Position numbers and translations under genes: made by a program
Notes under the pieces: model-generated
Told to the model about the DNA's origin: nothing
The model's input: the letters and a program-made list of their open reading frames with translations, nothing else
Database searches by the model: none
Part shown: piece by piece, positions 25,901 to 35,082 of the stretch
Layout of the letters: each line of letters opens with the position of its first letter
How positions within the stretch are numbered: position 1 is the first letter of the stretch
Assembly: GCA_947589355.1 (NCBI GenBank)
Contig: CANPZC010000011.1
Location: forward strand, 7,129 to 71,128
From: an uncultured Clostridia bacterium
GTDB taxonomy: Bacteria > Bacillota > Clostridia > Oscillospirales > Ruminococcaceae
DNA: 64,000 nt
Direction of reading: 5' to 3'

Positions 25901-26872
25901 TTATTCCGTATCCGTCGGTCTGTACAGATTGTTATACATACCATGGGGTATTTTTTCGCTGATATCTCCCTCTTTTACAGATACCGTCTGATCTTCGCAG
26001 GCATATACTTTTGCATCTATATTGTCTATATAATGCAGCACATAAGCCTCTGCGAAAGCAGGCCCTCTCACTGCGCCCCACTCTGCCAGCCCGTGGTGAG
26101 AAAGTATCATATGCGTGAGCATCATTATCTTTTCCTTATTATAATCGCCGCTTTGCGAATGTTCCTTTATAAGCGCTGCGCCCATATACAAATGCCCGAA
26201 AAGCACCCCGTGCTTGGTATACTCCGCGCTGCCCACGACCGAAGTTTTATACTCCCATATCTTGCCTATATCGTGCAGAGCCGTGCCGCACAGCAGAAGT
26301 TCTCTGTCAAGGCAGGTATACACCGCACACAGCGCATCGGCTGCCAGCATCATTCTGTATGTATGATACAAAAGACCGCCGCGCAGATTATGGTGCATAA
26401 ACACCGAAGCCGACGATGTTTTAAAACGCGCTTCATTCTCGCCTATTATCTCCAGTGCAAGGTTGGCAAGCGGCGTAAACTCACCCTCCGTCTTTGTGCT
26501 TTCCAAAAGCTCGCACACCTTATCATACATCTCATCTATACCAACGGGCGGCTTTTTTACAAGGTCTTCTACCGCCATGCCGCAGTTGTCTTTTTCAATT
26601 TTTTCTGCCGTATAGCTGGGCGCGCCGTTAAAAAGTTTTTTGTGCAGTGTTGCTTTTACCACCATGCCGTCATTTATGCCGTTGTTTTTAAGAGCCGCGG
26701 CGGTCATATCAAACATTTTTGCCTGTATCTCGCTTTCGCCGTCAAGCATATTTATATTCAAAAACGGTTTGCCGTTTCTTGCCTGAGCCTCGCTTATCGA
26801 AGTTATCAGCACGGGTCTTACAAGGTCGCTGTCAAGCTCCTGCTTTGAAAATTTTGTATATGTATCTTCCAT
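25901..26872 (-). CDS. yhaM: 3'-5' exoribonuclease YhaM family (OB-fold + HD domain)
   Basis: It has an N-terminal OB-like region and an HD domain (ALHDIGK ... HMILSHHG). Length is 323 aa. Confidence 0.75.
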   Translation of the reverse strand: MEDTYTKFSKQELDSDLVRPVLITSISEAQARNGKPFLNINMLDGESEIQAKMFDMTAAALKNNGINDGMVVKATLHKKLFNGAPSYTAEKIEKDNCGMAVEDLVKKPPVGIDEMYDKVCELLESTKTEGEFTPLANLALEIIGENEARFKTSSASVFMHHNLRGGLLYHTYRMMLAADALCAVYTCLDRELLLCGTALHDIGKIWEYKTSVVGSAEYTKHGVLFGHLYMGAALIKEHSQSGDYNKEKIMMLTHMILSHHGLAEWGAVRGPAFAEAYVLHYIDNIDAKVYACEDQTVSVKEGDISEKIPHGMYNNLYRPTDTE

Positions 26873-27133
26873 AGCTATTCCTCTTTTCTAAAAATAACGC
26901 TGTATTTATTATAACACTTTTTTCAGAATTTGTAAAGTGAAAATCATTATTTGTTTCAGGCAGTAATTCGACAGCTTGTACAAAAATATACAGTTCATTT
27001 TGTACATACCGCCAAAATTAAATTTCCTTGTAACATACTCCCCTTTGGAGGTGTACTTATTAGTGAAAGCATTTTTACATCTCAAAAGGGGGAATCTGCC
27101 TTTTTGAGGGAAAAATTTAAGGAGGTTTTTAAA

Positions 27134-28474
27134 ATGAAAAGAAATCAGAAAAAAGTTTTGGCAATTGCGGCGTGCGCTGCGGTCGCGGCAGGCATAGGGG
27201 TATCGCTGGCGTTTATTTTCAAGAGCGGCAATGGCGGCAGCAATACCTTGCCCGAAAGTTCATCTGCTATTGTGGCAGATAATTCATCTGTTGACAGCGG
27301 CACTGACAGCGGTATTGATACCACTATTGAAGAGAACGTTGATATTTATCTGTCGCACAGCTACCCCGAACTTGCAGATGAAGATATGATAACTCTCTCA
27401 CAACTTGCCGAGAACAAGGAAGCGTATGAGGACAATATCATGTCGGAGGATTATGGGAACATAGTATTCACCGCCCGACCCGATATATTCGTGCCAGACG
27501 AGATAGGAAAGTATCAGATGCAATACTTAGACGAATACTTTGACAACGCTGAAGAAGTAATAAAATATTTCGTGGGTGATGAGTATGACGAGAGCAAGAT
27601 AATGGACTACAGAAAAATGGAAGATCCGATATTCTATCCTATAAGCATACACTATGAGGACGGCGAGTACAGCGCCGAATACGAAAACGTTCAGATCTCG
27701 GGCATATATGTTTCAGTAGGAAATACCGGACAAGTAATATATGTTGATGAATGCGAGAACGACGATATGTACATTGACGGTTTAAGTGATGTTACGGAAG
27801 AAAAAACGTACTTTTTGCAGACCGACTACACAGATGAAACATACAGCTTCGGCGAAAATGATCTGAGTATATCTCAGTATGCCGAAATGGTAGACGGTTG
27901 TATTGACTCAGTACTGGAAATAATGGGCTACAAAGGCGGCGTTGGGCAGATAGCAATAGTTGCCCAAAAAGACGAAAGCGGCAATATATATATGAAAAGC
28001 GAAATGGCTAACTTCTATAAACAACTGCCGATAACCCCATATTTTCCGATGTCCTCTATTGCAGAGCAGGAATGTATTCTTAAAGAAACTAAAGACAGCC
28101 TGTTTCCTTTGGATGCTGTAACAACAAACGGGAGCGCTATTCAGGAATTCAATATCCAGTCACTGTTTAAGGACTACAAAACGATAGAAGGATATGACAA
28201 GATAGTTGCTCCCGACAAGGCTGCAAAACTGCTGTCTGATAAGTTAGCGCCGTATTTGCAGGATAATGAGATAGTTGGCATGGGGCTTTCGTACTACCCT
28301 TATTATGTCGGCGATATACAAGCCGAACCACGAATTGAGGGAGCAGACCCAGAAGCAACACAAGTATATGAGCTTACTCCGTTCTGGACATTTTATTTTG
28401 ACCTTGACCCGTCTATAATAGGTCTGGTAGACTGCAAAACAGGTGAGGTGGCATATATACACAATGTGCCTTAA
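27134..28474 (+). CDS. hypothetical membrane-anchored/secreted acidic protein
   Basis: AAGGAGG lies upstream of ATG at 27134. It has the N-terminal signal-anchor MKRNQKKVLAIAACAAVAAGIGVSLAFIF. The rest is D/E/Y-rich, and no family was recognised. Confidence 0.7.
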   Translation: MKRNQKKVLAIAACAAVAAGIGVSLAFIFKSGNGGSNTLPESSSAIVADNSSVDSGTDSGIDTTIEENVDIYLSHSYPELADEDMITLSQLAENKEAYEDNIMSEDYGNIVFTARPDIFVPDEIGKYQMQYLDEYFDNAEEVIKYFVGDEYDESKIMDYRKMEDPIFYPISIHYEDGEYSAEYENVQISGIYVSVGNTGQVIYVDECENDDMYIDGLSDVTEEKTYFLQTDYTDETYSFGENDLSISQYAEMVDGCIDSVLEIMGYKGGVGQIAIVAQKDESGNIYMKSEMANFYKQLPITPYFPMSSIAEQECILKETKDSLFPLDAVTTNGSAIQEFNIQSLFKDYKTIEGYDKIVAPDKAAKLLSDKLAPYLQDNEIVGMGLSYYPYYVGDIQAEPRIEGADPEATQVYELTPFWTFYFDLDPSIIGLVDCKTGEVAYIHNVP

Positions 28475-28497
28475 TAAAAGCACATAAATACATAAAT

Positions 28498-28528
28498 AAA
28501 CGGGGCGCTTTGATGTGTCCCGTTTTTT
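28498..28528 (+). terminator. Rho-independent terminator
   Basis: Stem aacggg/cccgtt followed by TTTTTT. Confidence 0.55.
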
Positions 28529-28594
28529 GTGCAGCGTTATACCGCTGCGGCTGCCTGACAAAAATTGATTTTCATAAGTTTAGTCTATCAAATA

Positions 28595-28623
28595 TTGACT
28601 TTGGGTATTCGTTGTGATATAAT
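28595..28623 (+). promoter_or_regulatory. SigA-type promoter for cstA
   Basis: TTGACT, 17 nt, TATAAT, with TGa extended -10. The leader to the ATG is about 95 nt. Confidence 0.65.
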
Positions 28624-28720
28624 TTTTTTGTCGAAATTTATCGAAACACTTACTGCTCAAACCCACAGCAGCATATTTAACGTGCTGTCGGCTATACTGA
28701 AAAATCAAGGAGGAGCGCAG

Positions 28721-30166
28721 ATGATCACTTTTATAATCGGCTTACTGCTGCTTATTATCGGCGGTACGGTTTATGGTGCTGTTTGCCAAAAGATATTCAG
28801 ACCCGACGATAGAGAGACCCCGGCTGTAAGGCTGAACGACGGCGTTGATTATGTTCCGATGAACAAATGGAAAAACAGCCTTATTCAGCTTTTGAATATT
28901 GCAGGGACAGGCCCTATTCTAGGCCCGATACAGGGTATTCTTTTCGGGCCTGTTGCATTTATTACGATACCGATAGGCTGTGTTATCGGCGGTGCGTTCC
29001 ATGACTATATGTGCGGAATGATCTCGCTCAGGAACGACGGTTCACAAATGCCGTCGCTTATACGAAAGTATATAGGCAAGCATATGTATTTTATATACAA
29101 TGTTTTCGTCTGCCTTTTAATGCTGCTTGTCGGCGCTGTTTTCATATACACACCCGGCGATCTGTTCGTTACCCAGATATTAAAAGCAGACAACGGCATT
29201 TCAAGCCCTATAATATGGATAGTCTACGGCGCTATTTTTGTTTATTATATTGTCGCTACACTTTTCCCCATTGACAAGATAATAGGCAGAGTTTACCCTA
29301 TCTTCGGCGGTATTCTTATTTTGTCCGCAATAGGCGTGTTTATAGGTCTGTTTGTAAACGGCTATCCTCTTGACGAGATATGGAATGTCGGCGTTTACGG
29401 CGTACACCCTAAAGGTCTTCATTTTATGCCGATATTCTTTGTAACCGTTGCCTGCGGCATAGTTTCGGGCTTTCACTCCACGCAGTCAACACTTATCTCG
29501 CGCACTATGACACATGAGAAAGAGGGTCGCATGACATTCTACAACATGATGCTTCTCGAGGGATTTATAGCCATGATCTGGGCTGCTGCAACAATGGGGG
29601 TTATCAATCTCGGTCTTGCAGATGCCGATACGCCTGCTACTAATGTCGTTGGCATCATCGCCACTAATTTGCTGGGCTCTATAGGCGGGATCATCGCGAT
29701 CGCCGGAGTTATAATACTGCCTATCACATCGGGCGATACGGCGCTGCGGTCGCTTCGTCTTATGACATCTGATGCGCTGCATATTGATCAGTCTAAAAAG
29801 CGCAACAGGCTGCTGGTATCGCTTGTGATATTTTTGGTAGTCGCCGCCCTGCTGGTATTTTCAAAAATGAACTCCGACGGCTTCAATATACTTTGGCGGT
29901 ATTTTGCATGGGCAAATCAGACTATTGCAGTATTTGCGTTTGCCATGATCGCGATTTATATGATAAAGCACAAGCAGCCGTATCTTTTGTCGCTTATCCC
30001 CGGAATGTTTTATATGTTTGTTATATCGAGCTTTATATTGAATGCCGAGATCGGATTCGGTCTGCCGTGGATAGCTAGCTATATGATCGGAGGAGTTTTA
30101 ACAGCCGCATATGGAGCGGCGGTCATAATATGCGGAAAGAAGCACGCCCAAAAGCTGACCGACTGA
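28721..30166 (+). CDS. cstA: carbon starvation protein CstA family transporter
   Basis: The start is MITFIIGLLLLIIGG, preceded by AAGGAGGAG. The motif NIAGTGPILGPIQG is present and the protein is polytopic. Length is 481 aa. Confidence 0.9.
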   Translation: MITFIIGLLLLIIGGTVYGAVCQKIFRPDDRETPAVRLNDGVDYVPMNKWKNSLIQLLNIAGTGPILGPIQGILFGPVAFITIPIGCVIGGAFHDYMCGMISLRNDGSQMPSLIRKYIGKHMYFIYNVFVCLLMLLVGAVFIYTPGDLFVTQILKADNGISSPIIWIVYGAIFVYYIVATLFPIDKIIGRVYPIFGGILILSAIGVFIGLFVNGYPLDEIWNVGVYGVHPKGLHFMPIFFVTVACGIVSGFHSTQSTLISRTMTHEKEGRMTFYNMMLLEGFIAMIWAAATMGVINLGLADADTPATNVVGIIATNLLGSIGGIIAIAGVIILPITSGDTALRSLRLMTSDALHIDQSKKRNRLLVSLVIFLVVAALLVFSKMNSDGFNILWRYFAWANQTIAVFAFAMIAIYMIKHKQPYLLSLIPGMFYMFVISSFILNAEIGFGLPWIASYMIGGVLTAAYGAAVIICGKKHAQKLTD

Positions 30167-30198
30167 ATATCCGAAGTTTAATTTTTCCCTGAAAATAA

Positions 30199-30244
30199 AA
30201 AGCCGATCGTCTGAAGGTTTTACCTTCGTCTGATCGGCTTTCTG
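30199..30244 (+). terminator. candidate cstA terminator
   Basis: Stem aagccgatc...gatcggctt with an internal loop, followed by a weak T-run TTTCT. Confidence 0.4.
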
Positions 30245-30266
30245 ACGTATTAAATAGTTTCAGTTG

Positions 30267-30354
30267 AATTTAGAAAACTTGGATTTATCAAGGCTTTTGC
30301 AAACTTTCTGAAACTATTGCATCATAATTTTGATGCGTTGTTAAGCAAAAGGAG
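30267..30354 (+). repeat. copy 1 of a diverged ~87-nt direct repeat in the cstA/tRNA-Pro gap
   Basis: It aligns with 30522-30608 at roughly two-thirds identity by eye. Shared pieces are AATT(T/C)AGAAA, a hairpin, and GCATC..ATTT..ATGC.TTGT..GCAAAAG. Confidence 0.5.
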
Positions 30355-30521
30355 TTTTCAAAGATAAGAAAAAATGATACGTTAGGGTAGCGTAGCTCGT
30401 TATAATCAAAAAGCGGTTGACAATAGTTAGAGAATGGGAAGAAGCCTCGAAGAGGGTTCTTCTGCACTTGACAGACTGCTTGCAGGAGGTCAATGTGTGG
30501 TGAATACTTAACGAAAAAGAT

Positions 30522-30608
30522 AAATTCAGAAAGCTTAGATAAATCTAAGCTTTTTAGCTTTTCAAAGTTGCTGCATCGTCATTTCAATGCATTGTCTGCA
30601 AAAAGCGA
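30522..30608 (+). repeat. copy 2 of the ~87-nt direct repeat; contains a terminator-like hairpin at 30533-30555
   Basis: gcttaga-taaa-tctaagc followed by TTTTT, then the hairpin tgcat...atgca. Confidence 0.5.
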
Positions 30609-30620
30609 TTGATACTAGTT

Positions 30621-30720
30621 TAGTGAATAATGAATAATGAATAGAGAATAGTGAATAGTACAGAAACGCCTAGAAACGTATACTATAAACTATTCACTAT
30701 TCTCTCTTTCACTATTCACT
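30621..30720. repeat. inverted repeat of TANTGAA heptamers (17-bp perfect core) downstream of tRNA-Pro
   Basis: The left arm reads TAGTGAA TAATGAA TAATGAA TAGAGAA TAGTGAA TAGT. The core agagaatagtgaatagt (30643-30659) pairs with actattcactattctct (30690-30706). Confidence 0.75.
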
Positions 30721-30749
30721 GAGCCTTTAACTTTAGTTAAAGGCGTTTC

Positions 30750-30826
30750 TGGTCGAGGCGACAGGACTTGAACCTGCGGCATCTTGGTCCCAAACCAAGC
30801 ACTCTACCAAACTGAGTTACGCCTCG
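30750..30826 (-). tRNA. tRNA-Pro (TGG), encoded CCA
   Basis: The reverse complement reads CGAGGCGTAACTCAGTTTGGTAGAGTGCTTGGTTTGGGACCAAGATGCCGCAGGTTCAAGTCCTGTCGCCTCGACCA. The anticodon loop is TTTGGGA. Confidence 0.9.
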
Positions 30827-30863
30827 TTGGGCGGAAAGACCGCCCTGAATTATTTCATTTTTC

Positions 30864-31859
30864 TTACTTTGCAGCCTTAGATGCACCCTCGGCGCTGTCC
30901 GAAAGCACGCCTTTAAGGCTTGCCGCGAGACCTGCAAAACTCTGTATCTCGCTGGGGATAATGATCTTGGTAGCCTTGCCGTCGGCGGCTTTCTGGAACG
31001 CTTCGAGGCTCTTGAGGGCTATTACCTGATCGTTAGGATTAGCTTCATTCAACTTAACGATAGCATCGGCGAGCGCTTTCTGAACAAGCTCGATAGCCTG
31101 CGCTTCACCCTCTGCTTCAAGCCTTTTCTTCTCGCGAACGGCATCAGCGTTGAGTATCAAAGCCTGCTTTTCTGCTTCCGCTCTGAGTATAGCAGCCTGC
31201 TTGTCGGCCTCGGCGCGGAGTATCTTAGACTCCTTTTCACCCTCTGCAACAAGTATCTGAGACTTCTTTTCACCCTCCGCCTGGAGTATCTTCTCACGGC
31301 GTTCACGTTCAGCTTTCATCTGACGTTCCATCGCATCTTGTATCTCCCGCGGAGGAAGAATGTTTTTCAGCTCAACTTTAAGCACCTTGATGCCCCACCT
31401 ATCGGTAGCTTCGTCAAGTATTGAAGTAATGGTAGTGTTTATGTTATCGCGCGAGGTAAGTGTTGCGTCAAGTTCCATACCGCCTATGATGTTACGCAGT
31501 GTGGTAGCCGTAAGGTTCTCGATAGCAGACATAGGTCTTTCAACGCCGTAGGTATACTGCTTTGCGTTTGTTACCTGGAAGAATACAACGGTATCTATCT
31601 GCATTGAAACGTTATCTTTGGTGATAACCGACTGCGGTCTGAAGTCTACAACACGCTCTTTGATAGAAACTTTCTGCGCTATTCTGTCTACAAAAGGCAA
31701 CAGGAACACAACGCCCGTACCCTTTGCCGAGCTGAACGTACCGAGGCGTTCAATTATATATACATACGCCTGCGGAACTATTTTTATTCTTGTGATAAGA
31801 TATATCACTGCTATTATCGCTATCGCAATAAGTACGATAACACCAAAATTATCGGGCAT
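30864..31859 (-). CDS. SPFH/Band 7 (stomatin-like) protein
   Basis: It has an N-terminal TM segment, an SPFH core (VPQAYVYIIERLG...) and a C-terminal Ala/Glu coiled coil. Confidence 0.9.
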   Translation of the reverse strand: MPDNFGVIVLIAIAIIAVIYLITRIKIVPQAYVYIIERLGTFSSAKGTGVVFLLPFVDRIAQKVSIKERVVDFRPQSVITKDNVSMQIDTVVFFQVTNAKQYTYGVERPMSAIENLTATTLRNIIGGMELDATLTSRDNINTTITSILDEATDRWGIKVLKVELKNILPPREIQDAMERQMKAERERREKILQAEGEKKSQILVAEGEKESKILRAEADKQAAILRAEAEKQALILNADAVREKKRLEAEGEAQAIELVQKALADAIVKLNEANPNDQVIALKSLEAFQKAADGKATKIIIPSEIQSFAGLAASLKGVLSDSAEGASKAAK

Positions 31860-31871
31860 AAAAATTCCTCC

Positions 31872-32315
31872 TTAACCTATTCTTTCAACTATCAGCTTTG
31901 AGCCGTCAATGCTGACTATTTTTGCCGTAGCGCCCTCTTCGATGATATCACCGTTCACAGAAAGCGCCGTCCAGTAAGAGCCGTTCAGCTTGGCTCTGCC
32001 CTGAGAAAGTTCGTTGTTGATAGTTTCGGTAACTACCACAGTCTTGCCGACATCCAGCTGGGCGTTCGTTTCAGGCTTGCTCTTGACCAACTTTTTGATA
32101 GCAGGTCTTGTCGCCACAAGCGAAACTACCGATGCCACAAGGAATATCAGCAGTTGTACCCACAACGGCACTTCAGGGAAAAAGATCGCCACTATAAGCG
32201 ATAACAGCGAGCCCAAAGCCAGCCATACCGACACCAGCTGCACCGTTACTGCCTCAAACACGAGGAAAAACACAAATGCTGCTGCCCACAGGATAATATA
32301 AGCGTAATCCGCCAT
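31872..32315 (-). CDS. NfeD-family membrane protein (stomatin operon partner)
   Basis: The start is MADYAYIILW, preceded by AAAGGAGA. It has 3 TM segments and a C-terminal OB-like NfeD domain (GRAKLNGSYWTA). It lies directly upstream of the SPFH gene. Confidence 0.85.
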   Translation of the reverse strand: MADYAYIILWAAAFVFFLVFEAVTVQLVSVWLALGSLLSLIVAIFFPEVPLWVQLLIFLVASVVSLVATRPAIKKLVKSKPETNAQLDVGKTVVVTETINNELSQGRAKLNGSYWTALSVNGDIIEEGATAKIVSIDGSKLIVERIG

Positions 32316-32454
32316 AAAGTATTCTCCTTTCATAAAGAACCTAAAACGGGTTATGTAAATTTCATTTACGCATATATTATACCACACTTGTTTTTAAAAA
32401 GCAATAGTTTTTTGAAAAAATTTTTAAAATTTTTTCTTTCGGCGTATTTTCGTA

Positions 32455-33366
32455 TTATTTATCAGCCATAAGCCTTACCATAACAGCCTTTTGGGCGTGC
32501 AGGCGGTTCTCAGCCTCGTCAAAAATCTCGTCAGCATGAGCCTCAAACACCTTGGCGGTTATTTCCTCTTCGCGGTGGGCAGGCAGGCAGTGCTGCACCA
32601 TTGCATCTTTTTTGGTAACAGACATTATCTCGTCGTTTACCTGATAGCCTGCGAACACCTTTTTGCGCTCCTCTGCCTCGCTTTCCTCACCCATAGATGC
32701 CCACACATCGGTATAAACAACGTCTGCATCTTTTGCGGCATCTGCAGGAGATGTGGTAAGAGTGAACTTGTCGCCAAAGCCTTTTGCAAATTCAAGTACC
32801 TGCGTGTCGGGCTCGTAACCCTTGGGGCAGGCTACCGCAATGCTCATGCCTACTTTAAGGCAGCCTACTATCAGCGAATTTGCCATATTGTTGCCATCGC
32901 CGATAAAGCACAGTTTCAGCCCGTCAAACGTTCCCTTGTACTCCCTTATCGTCATAAGGTCTGCAAGCACCTGACAAGGGTGGCAAAAATCTGTCAGCCC
33001 GTTTATAATAGGTATGCTGCCAAACTCAGCGAGGTCTTCAACCTCTTTTTGCTCAAACGTCCTTATCATTATGCCGTCAAGATACCTTGAAAGCACGCGC
33101 GCGGTGTCCTGAACAGGCTCTCCCCTGCCTATCTGCAAGTCGCGGTTGGAGAGAAAAAGCGCCTGACCGCCCAGCTGATACATACCGGTTTCAAACGATA
33201 CCCTCGTCCTTGTTGAGGACTTCTGGAATATCATGCCGAGCGTTTTGCCTTTAAGCAGCTTATGTTCTATGCCGTTTTTGTTTTCATACTTCAGCTGATC
33301 TGCAAGGTTGAGTATATCTATGATCTCCTCCTTGTCAAGATCCAGCAGTTTAAGCAAATGTTCCAT
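32455..33366 (-). CDS. argF: ornithine carbamoyltransferase
   Basis: Motifs SSTRTRVSFE, HPCQVLADL and HCLPAHREEE. Confidence 0.95.
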   Translation of the reverse strand: MEHLLKLLDLDKEEIIDILNLADQLKYENKNGIEHKLLKGKTLGMIFQKSSTRTRVSFETGMYQLGGQALFLSNRDLQIGRGEPVQDTARVLSRYLDGIMIRTFEQKEVEDLAEFGSIPIINGLTDFCHPCQVLADLMTIREYKGTFDGLKLCFIGDGNNMANSLIVGCLKVGMSIAVACPKGYEPDTQVLEFAKGFGDKFTLTTSPADAAKDADVVYTDVWASMGEESEAEERKKVFAGYQVNDEIMSVTKKDAMVQHCLPAHREEEITAKVFEAHADEIFDEAENRLHAQKAVMVRLMADK

Positions 33367-33386
33367 GTTGTTACCTCCGTAATATA

Positions 33387-34559
33387 TTATGTATTATTTT
33401 TCAATACTTTGTCAAGTATTTCAATGCCCTTGTCAATTTCCGCTTTGGTTATAGTCAGCGGAGGGAGAAGCCGCAGTTTTTCTTTTGCCGTAAGCGCTAA
33501 AAGACCGTTTTCAAAACAGGCTTTGCACACGTCCGCGGCAGTTTTGTCTTTAAGGGTAATACCTATCATAAGACCTATTCCCGAAAGGCTCTCTACCCCG
33601 TCAAGGCTTATAAGCTTTTCACGCAGATACTCAGCCTTTTCGCAAACGCTTTTCATAAAGCCGTCTTCTGTAAGCCTTTCAAGAACTGCCATAGCTCCTG
33701 CACAGCAAACGGGGTTGCCGCCAAAGGTAGAGCCGTGAGTGCTTTTGCCCAAAACATCGCAGCAAGTCTCATCTGCAAGGCAGCAGCCCATAGGCAGGCC
33801 GCCCGCTATGCCCTTTGCAAGGGTGGTTATGTTTGGCTTTACGCCGAAGTTTTCACTTGCCAGAAATTTTCCCGTTCTGCCAACGCCCGTCTGCACCTCG
33901 TCGGCTATAACAAGAACGTCTTTTTCTTTGCAAAGGCTGAATACTGCATCTACAAACTCTTTATCGAGAGCTATAACACCGCCCTCGCCCTGAACAAATT
34001 CTATCATCACGGCGCATACCGTATCGTCAAGCTTTGCTTTCAGGTCATCTGTATTGTTCGCCTCAACGTTCACAAACCCCTCAACGAACGGGAAAAAGTA
34101 GTTGTGAAAAACCTCCTGACCCGTTGCCGAAAGCGTTGCAAGCGTTCTTCCGTGAAAGCTGTTCACAAGGGTGATAATATTATGCCTGCCCTTGTCGTAT
34201 TTATCAAAGCTGTATTTTCTTGCAAGCTTTATAGCGCACTCGTTTGCCTCCGCGCCGCTGTTGCCGAAAAATATTTTTGAATAGCCCGTAATTCCGCACA
34301 GCTTTTCGGCTAAGTTTGCCTGCACCTTTGTATAGTAGTAGTTTGAAGTGTGCTGTATCTTCTTTGCCTGCGCGCACACCGCATCTGCCCATTTTTCATC
34401 ACAAAAGCCCAGTGAATTCACCCCTATGCCGGAGCCGAAATCAACATAGCTTTTGCCGCTCTCGTCAGTCGCAACGCAGCTGCCGCCGTTTTCAAGCACT
34501 AAGTCATACCTGCCGTAGGTTGGCATAACATGCTCGTTGAACCTTTCTATTGTACTCAT
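33387..34559 (-). CDS. argD: acetylornithine aminotransferase
   Basis: It is a class III aminotransferase (NSGAEANE, DEVQTGVGRTG, TLAKGIAGG) in arg operon context. Confidence 0.9.
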   Translation of the reverse strand: MSTIERFNEHVMPTYGRYDLVLENGGSCVATDESGKSYVDFGSGIGVNSLGFCDEKWADAVCAQAKKIQHTSNYYYTKVQANLAEKLCGITGYSKIFFGNSGAEANECAIKLARKYSFDKYDKGRHNIITLVNSFHGRTLATLSATGQEVFHNYFFPFVEGFVNVEANNTDDLKAKLDDTVCAVMIEFVQGEGGVIALDKEFVDAVFSLCKEKDVLVIADEVQTGVGRTGKFLASENFGVKPNITTLAKGIAGGLPMGCCLADETCCDVLGKSTHGSTFGGNPVCCAGAMAVLERLTEDGFMKSVCEKAEYLREKLISLDGVESLSGIGLMIGITLKDKTAADVCKACFENGLLALTAKEKLRLLPPLTITKAEIDKGIEILDKVLKNNT

Positions 34560-34568
34560 ATTTTTCCC

Positions 34569-35072
34569 TCACTTTTTGCGCATCTTGTTCAGATGCTCTT
34601 TTACCTCGTCGGCTGTCACGCCGTCAAGCTTTTTCTTGTCGATATAAAAAATGTTATCTTCCGTAAAGAAATATATCTTCTGCTTTGACTGCCGCACATC
34701 GTTTATCCTGCTGTAGCTGTAAAAGCTCTCCTTGCCTTTCATAGTCACCGAAAAGCGGTTGTCATAAAAAACAAAATGCAGCGTAACGTTGAGCAGCCTG
34801 TTTTTGTCTGTATCATACATTTTCTGCGCATCGAATATATACGAAAATGTTGTTGAATAGGTAAGCAAAAACACAAAGCCTATCGACATTGTTGCCAGCG
34901 CGTACTCTATTATTATAATATCGTATATGCAGAAAGCCAGACTTACCGCCGCGCAGGCAAGCAGTATCGGGCGCAGCTTTCTGTCCTTATGCCGCTTCTG
35001 CATTTTTATAAGCTCAAAATACTGCCGCTTGTCTGAGCAAACGCCCTGCGCTTTGAATAGTATCTTATCCAT
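34569..35072 (-). CDS. hypothetical membrane protein (YcxB-like architecture)
   Basis: It has two central TM helices followed by a soluble C-terminal domain. There are 9-10-nt gaps to argB and argD. Confidence 0.55.
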   Translation of the reverse strand: MDKILFKAQGVCSDKRQYFELIKMQKRHKDRKLRPILLACAAVSLAFCIYDIIIIEYALATMSIGFVFLLTYSTTFSYIFDAQKMYDTDKNRLLNVTLHFVFYDNRFSVTMKGKESFYSYSRINDVRQSKQKIYFFTEDNIFYIDKKKLDGVTADEVKEHLNKMRKK

Positions 35073-35082
35073 ACCTTTGCCC

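Noticed and set aside
30900-31330. Repetitive DNA inside the SPFH gene
   Set aside because: It encodes the Ala/Glu/Lys coiled-coil tail (AEGEK..ILRAEA.. repeats) typical of stomatin-like proteins.
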